From Opitutaceae bacterium (GTDB lineage: Bacteria > Verrucomicrobiota > Verrucomicrobiia > Opitutales > Opitutaceae), in contig JAHFTD010000003.1 of assembly GCA_023269565.1 (NCBI GenBank), positions 5,540 through 69,539 of the forward strand: a stretch of 64,000 bases of DNA, in the 5' to 3' direction. The notes under the pieces were generated by a model that saw only the letters and a program-made list of their open reading frames with translations, was not told the origin of the DNA and did no database searches. The position numbers and the translations under genes were made by a program. How positions within the stretch are numbered: position 1 is the first letter of the stretch; each line of letters begins with the position of its first letter. Shown one piece after another: positions 17,901 through 28,476 of the stretch.

Positions 17901-20066
17901 TTAGCTCACGGCTTCCAAGGTAGATCGGGCCCGCTGGTGGGCGGCAGTCATGAAGAATTTCTGTGCGGAGAAAGAAGGAGAGCCGTCTTCGCGCGGGGGC
18001 GCAGTGTATGAGCCGTCCGGCTGGAGTTCACGGGCATCCTCGGTGTCCCGCAACTCGGCGGGTAGAATTTCCTCGAGTATCCGGTGGCGCAGCCCGGAGT
18101 CGTAAATGGGGTAAAGGACCTCAACCCGGCGGAAGAAGTTGCGCGTCATCCAGTCTGCGCTGCCGCAGTAGAGCAGGGGCTGACCGCCGTTCCCGAAGCA
18201 GTAGATGCGGGTGTGCTCAAGGAAGCGTCCGACGATGCTGCGGATGCGGATGTTCTCGCTCAGTCCCTTGATGCCCGGCACGAGGCAGCAGGTGGCGCGG
18301 ACAATCAGATCGATCTGCACGCCTGCTTGCGACGCGGCATACAGGTTGTCGATGGTTACCCGGTCGGCGAGCTTGTTAATTTTGGCGATAATGCGGGCCG
18401 GCCGGCCGGCCGCTGCGTGGGCCGCCTCGGCGGCGATGAGCTCCTGCAGTTCTGCATGAAGGTTATAGGGGGCGACCAGCAGGTGGTTGAATTCCGGAGA
18501 GCGGCCGAATCCCGTCAGGGCATTGAACACTTCCGAAACTTCGCCGGTGAGTTCATTCCGGCAGGTGAGCAGACTGTGGTCGGTGTAGTGCCGGGCGGTT
18601 TTCGGGTTATAATTGCCGGTGCCAAGATGGGCGTAACGGTGCAACTGACCCGCTTCCCGCCGCACCACGAGGCTGCATTTGCAATGCGTCTTGAAACCGA
18701 CGAGGCCGTAGACCACATGCACTCCCGCCTCCTCGAGCTCCTTGGCCCACTTGATATTGTTCGCCTCGTCAAACCGCGCCTTCAGCTCGACCAGCGCGGT
18801 CACCTGCTTGCCGTTCTGAGAGGCCTCGATGAGCGCGCGGATAATGGGAGAGTCGCCGCTGGTGCGGTAGAGCGTCTGCTTGATGGCAAAGACCTCGGGG
18901 TCCCGCGCCGCTTGCTCGACGAAATCCACCACGGGGGTGAAGGATTCATAGGGATGATGGAGCAGGATATCGCCCTCCCGGATGCGGTCAAAGATGCGCG
19001 GAGCATCGCGGAGCGCGGGCGATTCCGCCGGCGTGTAGGCCGGATATTTCAGATCTGGCCGGTCAATGATGTCATAAAGGCTTTGTAGACGAAGCAGGTT
19101 AAGTGGTCCATCCAGGCGCACCACGTTGTCGGCGGGCAGATTGAGATGGGCGCACAGCACTTCAAATGCCGGCTCCTCGACCCCGGCTTCGATTTCAAGC
19201 CGGACCGCCGCACCACGGTGCAGGTTGCGTAACTCCTCCTCGATCTTCTGCAGGAGGTCTTCCACCTCCTCCTCGTCGATGTAGAGATCGCTGTTACGGG
19301 TGACGCGGAAGGCATGGGCGCTGCGGATCCGGCAACCGGCGAACAGTTCACCCGCGCAGAGTTTGATGATTTCGCTCAAGAAAATATGGCACCGCGGGCC
19401 CTCCGTTGCAGATCCGAGCGGCACAATGCGCGGGAGGATGCGGGGCACCGGGAGGATGGCCATGAGCGGCTCCTGCTCCGGGGCGTCGGCGGAGGTGAGG
19501 GAGACCAGGACGTTGAGGGTCTTGTTGCCGAGCTGAGGAAAGGGATGCAGTTGGTCGACAGCCAGCGGAGTCAGCACGGGCTGCACGTGGGCGCGGAAGT
19601 AGTGGCGCACCCAGGCCTGCTCATCGGGCGACAACTGTTTAGCGGTGCGGAAGAAAATGGCTTCCGCGGCGAGCGCAGGCACCAGTTGGTCGTGCCAGCA
19701 GACGTATTGCTCCCGCACCAGGGCATTGACCGCCACGCGGATGCGCCGCAGTTGCTCGCGGGCGGTCAATCCGTCGATGCTCGGCTCGCCGGCTTGGGAA
19801 TCGACCTGCTGCAGCAAACCTGCGACACGGATCTCATAGAACTCGTCGAGATTCGAGCTCAGGATCGCCAGGAATTTGATCCGCTCCAGCAACGGATTGA
19901 CGGCGCTGACCGCCTGTTCCAACACACGTCGGTTGAAAGCCAGCCAGCTGAGCTCGCGGTTGAAGTAACTGGGCTTGGGCGCGATGCCGGCACCTGGCGG
20001 CGTTATCATTTGACCCGCTTGAGCAGTGATGTTGGCGCGCTTCTTCCGGCGTTTGGTGGAGACCAT
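17901..20066 (-). CDS. ppk: polyphosphate kinase 1
   Basis: ORF 17901..20186 trimmed to the ATG at 20066 (MVSTKRRKK). YFNRELSWLAFNRRVLEQA, KTHCKCSLVVRRE (phospho-His region), GTGNYN, GSADWMTRN. The start could also be the downstream MITPPG. Confidence 0.92.
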   Translation of the reverse strand: MVSTKRRKKRANITAQAGQMITPPGAGIAPKPSYFNRELSWLAFNRRVLEQAVSAVNPLLERIKFLAILSSNLDEFYEIRVAGLLQQVDSQAGEPSIDGLTAREQLRRIRVAVNALVREQYVCWHDQLVPALAAEAIFFRTAKQLSPDEQAWVRHYFRAHVQPVLTPLAVDQLHPFPQLGNKTLNVLVSLTSADAPEQEPLMAILPVPRILPRIVPLGSATEGPRCHIFLSEIIKLCAGELFAGCRIRSAHAFRVTRNSDLYIDEEEVEDLLQKIEEELRNLHRGAAVRLEIEAGVEEPAFEVLCAHLNLPADNVVRLDGPLNLLRLQSLYDIIDRPDLKYPAYTPAESPALRDAPRIFDRIREGDILLHHPYESFTPVVDFVEQAARDPEVFAIKQTLYRTSGDSPIIRALIEASQNGKQVTALVELKARFDEANNIKWAKELEEAGVHVVYGLVGFKTHCKCSLVVRREAGQLHRYAHLGTGNYNPKTARHYTDHSLLTCRNELTGEVSEVFNALTGFGRSPEFNHLLVAPYNLHAELQELIAAEAAHAAAGRPARIIAKINKLADRVTIDNLYAASQAGVQIDLIVRATCCLVPGIKGLSENIRIRSIVGRFLEHTRIYCFGNGGQPLLYCGSADWMTRNFFRRVEVLYPIYDSGLRHRILEEILPAELRDTEDARELQPDGSYTAPPREDGSPSFSAQKFFMTAAHQRARSTLEAVS

Positions 20067-20401
20067 AGTTTGCCGGACGCAAATTGTGTCCGTCGCCCGA
20101 GGTAAGACGAGCCAGAAGCCACGGCGTAGCATGTTAGTAACGTGCCGAATCCGCATTATTTGCCGGCTGCAATGACTGGTTGGCATTAGGGGTGCGGGCG
20201 CGGGACCGAGCGGCCTTAAGATTTCGAGCTGCCATGAGTGTCAGTCAGGGCGCCGGTGTTCATTAGTCCCTATTACCCAAGGCCGCATAGGCGAACTGCC
20301 TTAATTGCGCGCTAATCGCTGTCTGGGTGGGCGAAGGCGGCGTTTGTTGCTGGCTACTAATAGAGCTCTTTGTCTATACTTGCGCTTACCATCCACGTCG
20401 C

Positions 20402-20710
20402 ATGATTCCCGAGGAGCAAAAGATTCTGATCACCACCGTGCCCTTCATGAACCGGGTGGCAACGGCTGCGGCAAACCCGGATGAGCAGGTCAAGCTGCTG
20501 ATCGCCGAGGGCTGGGTGGTGAAGCATGACACGCCGGGCGGGGTGGAGTTGGAAGGGCCGCGGCGCTTACAGATGCGGACCAAAATCTGTCTGGTGCTGG
20601 GCGCGGTGCTGCTGATGGTCTGGGGAGTCGGGTTGATTTTTCTACTCTTGGCGCTGGTGGATTATTACGCACTGACCAAGCCGGAAACCAAGTTCCTCCC
20701 CCGTCAGTAG
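20402..20710 (+). CDS. hypothetical small membrane protein
   Basis: ORF 20327..20710 trimmed to the ATG at 20402 ([10 protein letters not shown]). One or two C-terminal TM helices ([25 protein letters not shown]). The 3' end overlaps convergent comM by 7 nt. Confidence 0.5.
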   Translation: MIPEEQKILITTVPFMNRVATAAANPDEQVKLLIAEGWVVKHDTPGGVELEGPRRLQMRTKICLVLGAVLLMVWGVGLIFLLLALVDYYALTKPETKFLPRQ

Positions 20711-22242
20711 AAAATGGTGCGGTCGAGGCTGCGGTATTGGATAGCCTCCAAGAGATGGGGCGCGCTGATGGACTCCGCTTCCGCCAGGTCAGCGATGGTG
20801 CGCGCGACCTTCAGAATGCGGTCGTAGGCCCGCGCCGAGAGCGACAGCTGCTCCATGGCCTGCTGGAGCAGATCGCCGAGCGGCGTGTCGAGATGGCAGT
20901 GCCGCTTGATCTGGGCGGGGGACATGCGAGCGTTGGCGCCGGTGCGGGTGCCGTGGAAGCGGGCGCGCTGCCGCTCGCGGACCTGCGCCACGCGCGCGCG
21001 GATGGCCGCCGTCTTTTCCCCTGGGCGGTCGGTCCGCAATTCAGTGACAGAAAGCGCCGGGGCCTCGATGTGGATGTCGATGCGATCGAGGAGCGGCCCA
21101 CTAATGCGGGCGCGATACCGCTGGATCTGCGCCGGCGAGCAGCGGCATTCGTGCTTGGGGTCGCCGAGGTAACCGCAGGGGCAGGGGTTCATTGCCGCCA
21201 CGAGCATGAAATTGCAGGGGAGGGTGATTTTGCCGGCACTGCGAGAGATGGTCACGTGGCCGTCCTCCAGTGGCTGGCGCAGCACCTCCAAGGCGGAGCG
21301 CTTGAACTCCGGCAGCTCGTCGAGGAACAGCACCCCGTGGTGCGCGAGCGAGATCTCCCCGGGCCCGGGGATGGCGCCGCCGCCGAGGAGCCCGACGTCG
21401 GAAATGGTGTGGTGCGGTGCGCGGGCGGGACGTTGCAGGACGTGCAGCTCGCCGTTGATGGTTTGGCCGGCGGCGGAGTGGATACGCAGGATGTCGAGAT
21501 ATTCCTCCAGGCTGGGGGTGGGCATGATGCCGGGGATGCGTTTGGCCAGCATGGATTTCCCGGAGCCCGGCGGCCCGATCATGATGAGGTTGTGCCCGCC
21601 GGCGACCGCGACCTCGACGGCGCGGCGGACAGCGTGCTGTCCTTTGATTTCGGCGAAGTCCGGGCCGGGATCGGTCGTGATTCCGGACGCGTCCCGGGGC
21701 AGCTCTGGCCGGACGGGAGTGAGAATCAGTTCGCCAGTCAGAAAGCGCTGGGCTTGGTCGAGGGACTTGATGGCGTAGACAGCAATGCCGTCCACCAACG
21801 CCGCTTCTTCCGCGGTGACGGGCGGTAGCAGCATGGTTTTTTTGCCGCCGTCGCGGGCGAGGACAGCCATAGCCAGACCACCCTTCACCGGCCGGGTGGC
21901 GCCGGAGAGACTGAGTTCGCCGGCGATGAGGTAGTCATCCAGGCGATCGGTCTTGAGCTGGCCAGTGGCGACAAGGATGCCGAGGGCGATGGGCAGATCG
22001 TAGAGGGCGCCCTCTTTGCGCAGGCCGCCGGGGGCGAGGTTGATGGTGGTGCGGGTGCGCGGCATTCGGAAGCCGGAGTTGCTGAGCGCGGAAAAGACGC
22101 GGTCGTCGGACTCCTTCACGGCGGCGTCGGGCAGGCCGACGAGAATAAGCTTCGGTTCGCCGGTCTCACCGGTGTTGACTTCGACCTGAACGGGCACGGC
22201 GTCGATGCCCAGAAGGGCCGCCGAGCTGATGGTGGCTAGCAT
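20704..22242 (-). CDS. comM: YifB/ComM-family Mg-chelatase-like AAA+ ATPase
   Basis: Trimmed to [22 protein letters not shown]. Walker A is [13 protein letters not shown], Walker B is [12 protein letters not shown]-terminal [19 protein letters not shown]. Confidence 0.9.
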   Translation of the reverse strand: MLATISSAALLGIDAVPVQVEVNTGETGEPKLILVGLPDAAVKESDDRVFSALSNSGFRMPRTRTTINLAPGGLRKEGALYDLPIALGILVATGQLKTDRLDDYLIAGELSLSGATRPVKGGLAMAVLARDGGKKTMLLPPVTAEEAALVDGIAVYAIKSLDQAQRFLTGELILTPVRPELPRDASGITTDPGPDFAEIKGQHAVRRAVEVAVAGGHNLIMIGPPGSGKSMLAKRIPGIMPTPSLEEYLDILRIHSAAGQTINGELHVLQRPARAPHHTISDVGLLGGGAIPGPGEISLAHHGVLFLDELPEFKRSALEVLRQPLEDGHVTISRSAGKITLPCNFMLVAAMNPCPCGYLGDPKHECRCSPAQIQRYRARISGPLLDRIDIHIEAPALSVTELRTDRPGEKTAAIRARVAQVRERQRARFHGTRTGANARMSPAQIKRHCHLDTPLGDLLQQAMEQLSLSARAYDRILKVARTIADLAEAESISAPHLLEAIQYRSLDRTIFY

Positions 22243-22280
22243 GCAATCACGGGTTGGGCGGTGAATACGCCCCAATCGCG

Positions 22281-23120
22281 CTACGTCTGTTGGCGGGCCT
22301 TCGCGATATTTGCCTCGACTGCCTCAAAGTAGGGATTGGGTTGGCCCGTGTGGTTGAGAAATTGATGCACGCCCCCGGCCTCCGTGTCGAGCATGGGCCG
22401 GACGTATTTTTCCCAGAAGGCGGGGGTCTTGGACCGGAGTTCCTCGAAGCTGTGGAACATGCGCTTCTCGGGCGGCACGGCCTCGAAGTCGTAGGCCTCG
22501 GCAAACTCGCGAAAGAGGATAGGCAGTTCGTCGACGTAGTCGCTGGCGCCCATCTGGCCGAGATAATCGGAGGTGACGAGGATGCACGCGAGGAGCCTGG
22601 CCTCGGGCCGGCGGAAGACGGCGTTGGAAATGCGGTTGGCCGGTCCGGTGCAACTGATGGCAGTGGTGATGTCTTCGATTTCCTCTGGCAAAATGTCCAG
22701 CTGGGGCAGGTAGGCGCGGGCGAACTCGCAACTGCGGCGCACATGAGTCAGCGTGTATTTCGCGCCGGTGCCCTGCGGGTCCTCGGTGCGCTTGAGGTAG
22801 CCGGTGTCGTGCAGCAGGACGGCCAAGAGGGCGAGTTCGCAATCGCGCTGCGTTAGCACCGGCGTGGCGCCCGCGTGGTGGCGACCAACAATGATTTGCA
22901 ACAGGCAGGTGGTCGCCTGCAAGGTGTGCTCAAAATCATGATAAAACATGTCGATGCCGAGGTAGCCGGGAAACCGGCCCTCAAACATGTCGGTCGCGTC
23001 CTTTAAAGCCCGGTCGATAAAAGGCAGGCCCGGTTCGGCGCCGATTTCCCGAAAGATGGTCCTGGCGAGGGCCGCGACGGCTTGGGGATCCTTGGTGTTG
23101 ATGCCGTGGGGCGAGACCAT
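22281..23120 (-). CDS. HD-domain metal-dependent phosphohydrolase
   Basis: 279 aa. The H...HD signature is YHDFEHTLQ and [13 protein letters not shown]. Lies 38 nt upstream of comM on the same strand. Confidence 0.75.
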   Translation of the reverse strand: MVSPHGINTKDPQAVAALARTIFREIGAEPGLPFIDRALKDATDMFEGRFPGYLGIDMFYHDFEHTLQATTCLLQIIVGRHHAGATPVLTQRDCELALLAVLLHDTGYLKRTEDPQGTGAKYTLTHVRRSCEFARAYLPQLDILPEEIEDITTAISCTGPANRISNAVFRRPEARLLACILVTSDYLGQMGASDYVDELPILFREFAEAYDFEAVPPEKRMFHSFEELRSKTPAFWEKYVRPMLDTEAGGVHQFLNHTGQPNPYFEAVEANIAKARQQT

Positions 23121-23180
23121 TTGCAGAGCTTGAAATAGGGTTTGCTGGATGGGCGGGCAAGTTCATAGTCACGATTGCCC

Positions 23181-23789
23181 ATGGGTATTAATGGCAACCT
23201 GATCTTGGGGCTCACCGGCGGGATGGGCTGCGGCAAGTCGACGGCGGCCGCACTCTTCGCCGACTGCGGATTCCGGCTGCTCGATGCCGATATGATTGTG
23301 CGAGAGGTGCTCCTGCCCGACCCGGTGGTGGCGACGACCATCCGCGAGAAATTCGGCGAAACGGTGGTGGCGGCCAGCGGCGCCATCAGTCGCGAACGAC
23401 TGGCGGAGATCGTCTTCGCGGACGATTTAGCCCTGGCTTGGCTGGAGAACTTGCTGCATCCGCGCCTGATCGCCCACTGGCAGACAGTGCTGGCCGCCGC
23501 GCACGAGACGGCCTTTGTCGCCGAGGTTCCGCTGCTTTTCGAAAAAGGCATGGAAAATTGGTTTGATTTCACCGTGTGCGTCACTGCAGACTCCCGGCAG
23601 CAATTGCACCGGTTGCAGCAGCGCGGCATCCCGCCCGAGCTTGCCAGCCAGCGGATCGCCCGGCAGTTGCCCCTGACCCGCAAGCGCGATTTGGCCGATT
23701 TCGTCCTTCTTAACGACGGTTCCCTCCAATTCCTGCGCGAGCAAGTCCGGCATCTCTCGGCGCGACTCCTGAAACCCACCACTGCCTGA
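23181..23789 (+). CDS. coaE: dephospho-CoA kinase
   Basis: ATG at 23181 ([21 protein letters not shown]). An alternative TTG lies at 23175. Size is typical. Confidence 0.88.
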   Translation: MGINGNLILGLTGGMGCGKSTAAALFADCGFRLLDADMIVREVLLPDPVVATTIREKFGETVVAASGAISRERLAEIVFADDLALAWLENLLHPRLIAHWQTVLAAAHETAFVAEVPLLFEKGMENWFDFTVCVTADSRQQLHRLQQRGIPPELASQRIARQLPLTRKRDLADFVLLNDGSLQFLREQVRHLSARLLKPTTA

Positions 23790-23802
23790 CTCAGGCTCCG
23801 AC

Positions 23803-25596
23803 ATGGAAATGCCTCCCGCCTCTTCCGAGGAAAAATCTTCATCAGAAAACACCGGCAGCGACACCGCTGGTCACACCCGCCGGCCACGCGTCCGTTCGCG
23901 CCTTTATCGCACGACCAAGACAGCACGTTCCGACGCCTCGGACACCGCCGCTGAACCGGCAGCACAGGCGCCAGCTGCAAAGGTGCCGCCCCCCTCCGAT
24001 CCCGCTCCTCAGCCGGCTGCCGCGACTCAGGCACCAGCGGCCGTCCCGACTCCTATTGAGGGTCCGCCTGGAGAAGAACAGTATCGGGGCGACGGTGGTT
24101 ATCAGGAAAATGGCGGCGGACAGTATCAGCACGGCAAGTTCGGCCGCCGGAACCGTGGGAAGCATTTCCGTGGCAGCGGCAAGTGGGTCAACCCCAACCT
24201 CGGCCCGAAGCACCCGCCCCAGCCGCCACCACCCAGAGGCGAGACCTATTACGGCGACCCGCCCGATCCGGCGCGGTTCCAGGATTTAGACGCACTCGAG
24301 ACGCTCGCCGGAGAAATAGCCTCAAAGAAAGAGGATCCCATCTGGCTGCAGGAACTTTACCCGCTCAATCACGCCGAACTGGCGGCCAAGGCGGCAAAGA
24401 TGGGCGCCAAGTTCGACGGCGTGCCAAACCGCAAGCAGCTGCTGACGGCGATCTTTCAGGCCGCGGGAGAGCAAAAAATCCCGTTGCTCGACCACGGCTG
24501 GCTCGACTTGACCGATCGCGGCGACGGCTTCGTCGTCCACGAGGAGGTCAATTACCGGCTATACCCGGAAAACGCCTACATACCCGCACTGTTCGCGAAA
24601 AAAATCGGCTTGAAGCGCGGCCACGAGGTCGAGGTGCAGGTGCAGACTCCTCACGGCAACGAGCGTTGCCCATCGGTCGTCCGCATCCGCAAGGTCATGG
24701 GGCACAAACCTGAGGAGATCGCCAAGATCAAGCCGTTCGAGGAGCTTACCCCTTATTATCCACTCAAGCGCTGCCTGCTTGAGCGGCAGGGCGAGAAGGA
24801 TGTGTCGATGCGCATGGTCGACATCCTCACACCGGTCGGCTTCGGCCAGCGCGGGCTGATCGTAGCGCCTCCGCGCACCGGCAAGACCATCCTCCTGCAG
24901 AACATGGCCAATTCCATCGCGGCGAACGCGCCCGAAGCGCGGCTCATCATCCTGCTCATCGACGAGCGGCCGGAGGAGGTCACCGACTTCCGCCGGCACT
25001 GCAAGGGTGAGGTCGTCAGCTCCACTTTTGATGAGTCACCCGAGAGCCACGTGCATTGCGCCGAGATGGTCATCGAGAAGGCACGCCGGCTCGTCGAGGC
25101 CGGCGAACACGTCGTCATCCTGCTCGATTCTATCACGCGCCTCGCGCGCGCCTACAACGCGCTCGCCTCGAACAGCGGCAAGATCATGTCCGGCGGCCTC
25201 GAGGCCACCGCGCTGCAGAAACCCAAGCGCTTCTTCGGCTCCGCCCGCAACATCGACAGTGAGGGCGGCGGCAGCCTCACCATCCTCGGCACCGCGCTCG
25301 TCGACACCGGCAGCCGCATGGACGAGATCATCTTCGAGGAGTTCAAGGGCACCGGCAATATGGAGCTGCACCTCGACCGCGACCTGTCGAACAAGCGCAT
25401 CTTCCCCGCGATCAACATCGATAAAAGTGGCACGCGCAAAGAGGAGCTTATCTACCATCCCGAGGAGATCACCCGCGTCTATGCGCTCCGCCGCGCCATG
25501 CAGGGCGTGCCCGCCGCCGATTCGATGGACATGCTCATCGGGCGGCTCAAGAAAACCAAGACTAACGCCGAGTTCCTCATGAGCCTCAACCGCTGA
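23803..25596 (+). CDS. rho: transcription termination factor Rho with about 180-aa low-complexity N-terminal extension
   Basis: 597 aa. Rho_N-like helix bundle ([17 protein letters not shown]), OB domain (GDGFVV), [45 protein letters not shown]. Confidence 0.93.
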   Translation: MEMPPASSEEKSSSENTGSDTAGHTRRPRVRSRLYRTTKTARSDASDTAAEPAAQAPAAKVPPPSDPAPQPAAATQAPAAVPTPIEGPPGEEQYRGDGGYQENGGGQYQHGKFGRRNRGKHFRGSGKWVNPNLGPKHPPQPPPPRGETYYGDPPDPARFQDLDALETLAGEIASKKEDPIWLQELYPLNHAELAAKAAKMGAKFDGVPNRKQLLTAIFQAAGEQKIPLLDHGWLDLTDRGDGFVVHEEVNYRLYPENAYIPALFAKKIGLKRGHEVEVQVQTPHGNERCPSVVRIRKVMGHKPEEIAKIKPFEELTPYYPLKRCLLERQGEKDVSMRMVDILTPVGFGQRGLIVAPPRTGKTILLQNMANSIAANAPEARLIILLIDERPEEVTDFRRHCKGEVVSSTFDESPESHVHCAEMVIEKARRLVEAGEHVVILLDSITRLARAYNALASNSGKIMSGGLEATALQKPKRFFGSARNIDSEGGGSLTILGTALVDTGSRMDEIIFEEFKGTGNMELHLDRDLSNKRIFPAINIDKSGTRKEELIYHPEEITRVYALRRAMQGVPAADSMDMLIGRLKKTKTNAEFLMSLNR

Positions 25597-25618
25597 GCTG
25601 ACGGCGACCCTCCCGCAT

Positions 25619-27325
25619 GTGACCCTCGCCGACGACCATCTGCTGCTATTCGCCCTCGATCGGGGACTCGTTACCCGGGAGCAGATTGACGAGGCCCAGC
25701 GTGGACACACAACTGCGACGAGCCAGACGGAGATTCTCCATCGGCTGGTGACACAGGGAGTGCTCGATGCGCCGAGACTGGCTCGGCTGCTCGCGGAGGC
25801 GGCCGCCGTGCCGTTGCTTGAACTGAATGGAGAGCACGTCAGCGACGAGGTGCTGGATATCCTGCCGCGCCCTATTGCCGTCCGGCATCAAGTGATGCCC
25901 GTAGCGGTGCAGGAGGACGGCGCCCTGCTAGTCGCGCTGGCCGACCCGTTGGACATCGGACTCATTGACAACTTAAGTCATCTGACGGGTCGGCGGATTG
26001 AACCCGGAGTCGCGACGGCGGAGGATATCCGGCGCGCCCTTGCGCGACATTTCGGTCGTCAAGCTGAAGCGGGGGCAGATTTTCTGGATAATTTGGAGAC
26101 TCCCGGACTGGCCCGGTGCTTGGGCGATACGATTACTGAGCAAATGAACACCGGCGATGCCCCGATCATCAAAATGGTGCATTCCATAATCCAAGATGCC
26201 GTCGCCCGGCGGGCCTCGGATATTCACTTTGAACCGCTGGAGAAGCGCTTCCGTATCCGCTACCGCATTGACGGCGTGCTGCTCGAGGTCAGTTCCCCGC
26301 CGAAGCAGCTCCAGCCTGCCGTCATTTCGCGCCTGAAGATCATGGCGGACATCAGCATTGCGGAAAAACGCGTGCCGCAGGACGGGCGCATCCGGTTGGT
26401 CTGCGATGGCCGCGACCTCGACTTGCGCGTCGCGACCCTGCCCACGGCGCACGGGGAAAGCGTGGTCATCCGCATCCTTGACCGGCAGGGCATGCTGCTG
26501 GGTCTGCCCGAGCTGGGCCTGCGTCCCGATGACCAGCGGCAGTTGGAGCGCCTCATTGCCGCGCCCGACGGACTCGTGCTGGTCACCGGCCCGACCGGTT
26601 CAGGCAAGACGACCACGCTTTACGCCTGCCTGCAGCACCTCAACCAAACCGACCGCAAAATCATCACGGTTGAGGATCCCGTCGAATACCAGCTCGCCGG
26701 CATCAATCAGGTGCCGGTGCGCTCTGCCGTCGGCATGACCTTCGCTGCGGCGTTGCGCGCCATGCTGCGCCAGTCCCCCAACATCGTCATGGTCGGGGAA
26801 ATTCGCGACCGCGAGACGGCCGAGATTGCCCTCAACGCCTCGCTGACAGGCCACATGGTGTTCAGCACGCTGCACACTAACGACGCTCCCGGCGCCGTGA
26901 CACGTCTCCTCGATATCGGCGCCCGCCCGTTTCTGGTCGCGGCCGCGCTGCGGGCAACCGTCGCCCAACGACTCGTGCGGCGCATCTGCCCGCATTGCCG
27001 GCGCGCTTATGCGCCCTCGGCTGGCGAGCGGCACGCGCTGGGCCTAACCGGGGCGCAGGCCGCCGGGGCAGAATTCAGCCACGGGATCGGCTGCGCGGCC
27101 TGCTTCGGCACCGGTTATCTCGGGCGGACCGCTATCTATGAAATCTTTCTGGTGAATGACGGAATTCGCGCCATGCTCGGCGCCAATCCCAGTGCCGCCC
27201 GGCTGCGCACCCGCGCCCGGCAGGACGGCATACACACCATGCGCGCAGACGGCATCAGAAAAATTCTCGCCGGCCTCACCACAATCGAAGAGGTTCTCTC
27301 CATCACGGTTGCCGATTCCGACTAA
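25619..27325 (+). CDS. GspE/PilB-family secretion/pilus assembly ATPase (copy 1)
   Basis: 568 aa with a GTG start. T2SSE_N-type N-domain, Walker A GPTGSGKTTTLY, Asp box EDPVEY, His box LTGHMVFSTLHTND, tetracysteine CPHC..CAAC. Confidence 0.9.
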   Translation: MTLADDHLLLFALDRGLVTREQIDEAQRGHTTATSQTEILHRLVTQGVLDAPRLARLLAEAAAVPLLELNGEHVSDEVLDILPRPIAVRHQVMPVAVQEDGALLVALADPLDIGLIDNLSHLTGRRIEPGVATAEDIRRALARHFGRQAEAGADFLDNLETPGLARCLGDTITEQMNTGDAPIIKMVHSIIQDAVARRASDIHFEPLEKRFRIRYRIDGVLLEVSSPPKQLQPAVISRLKIMADISIAEKRVPQDGRIRLVCDGRDLDLRVATLPTAHGESVVIRILDRQGMLLGLPELGLRPDDQRQLERLIAAPDGLVLVTGPTGSGKTTTLYACLQHLNQTDRKIITVEDPVEYQLAGINQVPVRSAVGMTFAAALRAMLRQSPNIVMVGEIRDRETAEIALNASLTGHMVFSTLHTNDAPGAVTRLLDIGARPFLVAAALRATVAQRLVRRICPHCRRAYAPSAGERHALGLTGAQAAGAEFSHGIGCAACFGTGYLGRTAIYEIFLVNDGIRAMLGANPSAARLRTRARQDGIHTMRADGIRKILAGLTTIEEVLSITVADSD

Positions 27326-27349
27326 CCGCCACTTCAATCCCCTCCCACC

Positions 27350-28432
27350 ATGAGTTATGAAATGAACGATCTCCTCGAACTGGTCGTCGACCAGAAGTGC
27401 TCCGACCTCCACCTGCAGGTGGGCACGCCGCCGACACTGCGCATGCGCGGCAGCATGGCGCCCATCGACGGCCCTGCGCTTACTCCGCCGGACACAGAGT
27501 CGCTGATGCTTTCGATCACGCCCGACAACCATGTTCAAAACGTGAAGCTCAACGGCGGCACTGACTTCGGCTTCGCCTACATGGACAAGGCCCGTTTCCG
27601 CGTCTCCATTCTCAAGGCCAAGGGCAACTACGGCCTCGTCCTCCGCCAGATCCCGAACCAGATGTATGACCTCCGCGCCATCGGTCTGCCCGACAAGGTC
27701 AGGGAGCTGCTCTTCCGCCCACGCGGCCTTATCCTGGTCACCGGGCCGACTGGTTCCGGCAAGTCAACCACGCTCGCCTCGATGGTCAATTATATCAACG
27801 AGAACAAAGACGGCCACATCATCACCATCGAGGATCCCATCGAGTATTACCACCCGCACAAGCGCTGCGTCGTCACGCAGCGCGAGGTGCACACCGACGT
27901 GCCCAGCTTCTCCGAGGCCATCCGCCGGGCCCTGCGCCAGGATCCCGACATCATCCTCGTCGGTGAAATGCGCGACCTCGAGACCATTGAGGCGGCCATC
28001 TCCGCCGCCGAGACAGGGCACCTCGTCTTCGGCACGCTGCACACCAACAGCGCCGCCAAGACCGTCGACCGCATTGTCGACGCCTTCCCCGCCAACATGA
28101 AGGATATGATCCGCACGCAGCTCGCCTCCTCCATCATCGCCGTCATCTCCCAGGGCCTCTGCAAAAAGCGCAGCGGCGGCCGCATCGCCTGCTACGAGAT
28201 CATGGTCAATACCACTTCCATCGCCTCGCTCATCCGCGAGAACAAGACCTTCCGCATCAATTCCGACATCCAGACCGGCGCCGGCCTCGGCATGATCACG
28301 ATGGACACCCACATCATGAGTCTCGTCAACAAAGAGCTCATCGAGCCTGACGAAGCGATCGAGAAGTCGCAGGATCCCGAGAACATGAGAAACAAACTCA
28401 CGAGCATGGGCTTCAAGTTGAAAGAACTCTAA
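27350..28432 (+). CDS. pilT: twitching-motility/retraction ATPase PilT
   Basis: 360 aa. [58 protein letters not shown]. Confidence 0.92.
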   Translation: MSYEMNDLLELVVDQKCSDLHLQVGTPPTLRMRGSMAPIDGPALTPPDTESLMLSITPDNHVQNVKLNGGTDFGFAYMDKARFRVSILKAKGNYGLVLRQIPNQMYDLRAIGLPDKVRELLFRPRGLILVTGPTGSGKSTTLASMVNYINENKDGHIITIEDPIEYYHPHKRCVVTQREVHTDVPSFSEAIRRALRQDPDIILVGEMRDLETIEAAISAAETGHLVFGTLHTNSAAKTVDRIVDAFPANMKDMIRTQLASSIIAVISQGLCKKRSGGRIACYEIMVNTTSIASLIRENKTFRINSDIQTGAGLGMITMDTHIMSLVNKELIEPDEAIEKSQDPENMRNKLTSMGFKLKEL

Positions 28433-28476
28433 CCCCACGGGCAGGTGCGGCTGGGCCACCGTGCCTGCGAGCGATC

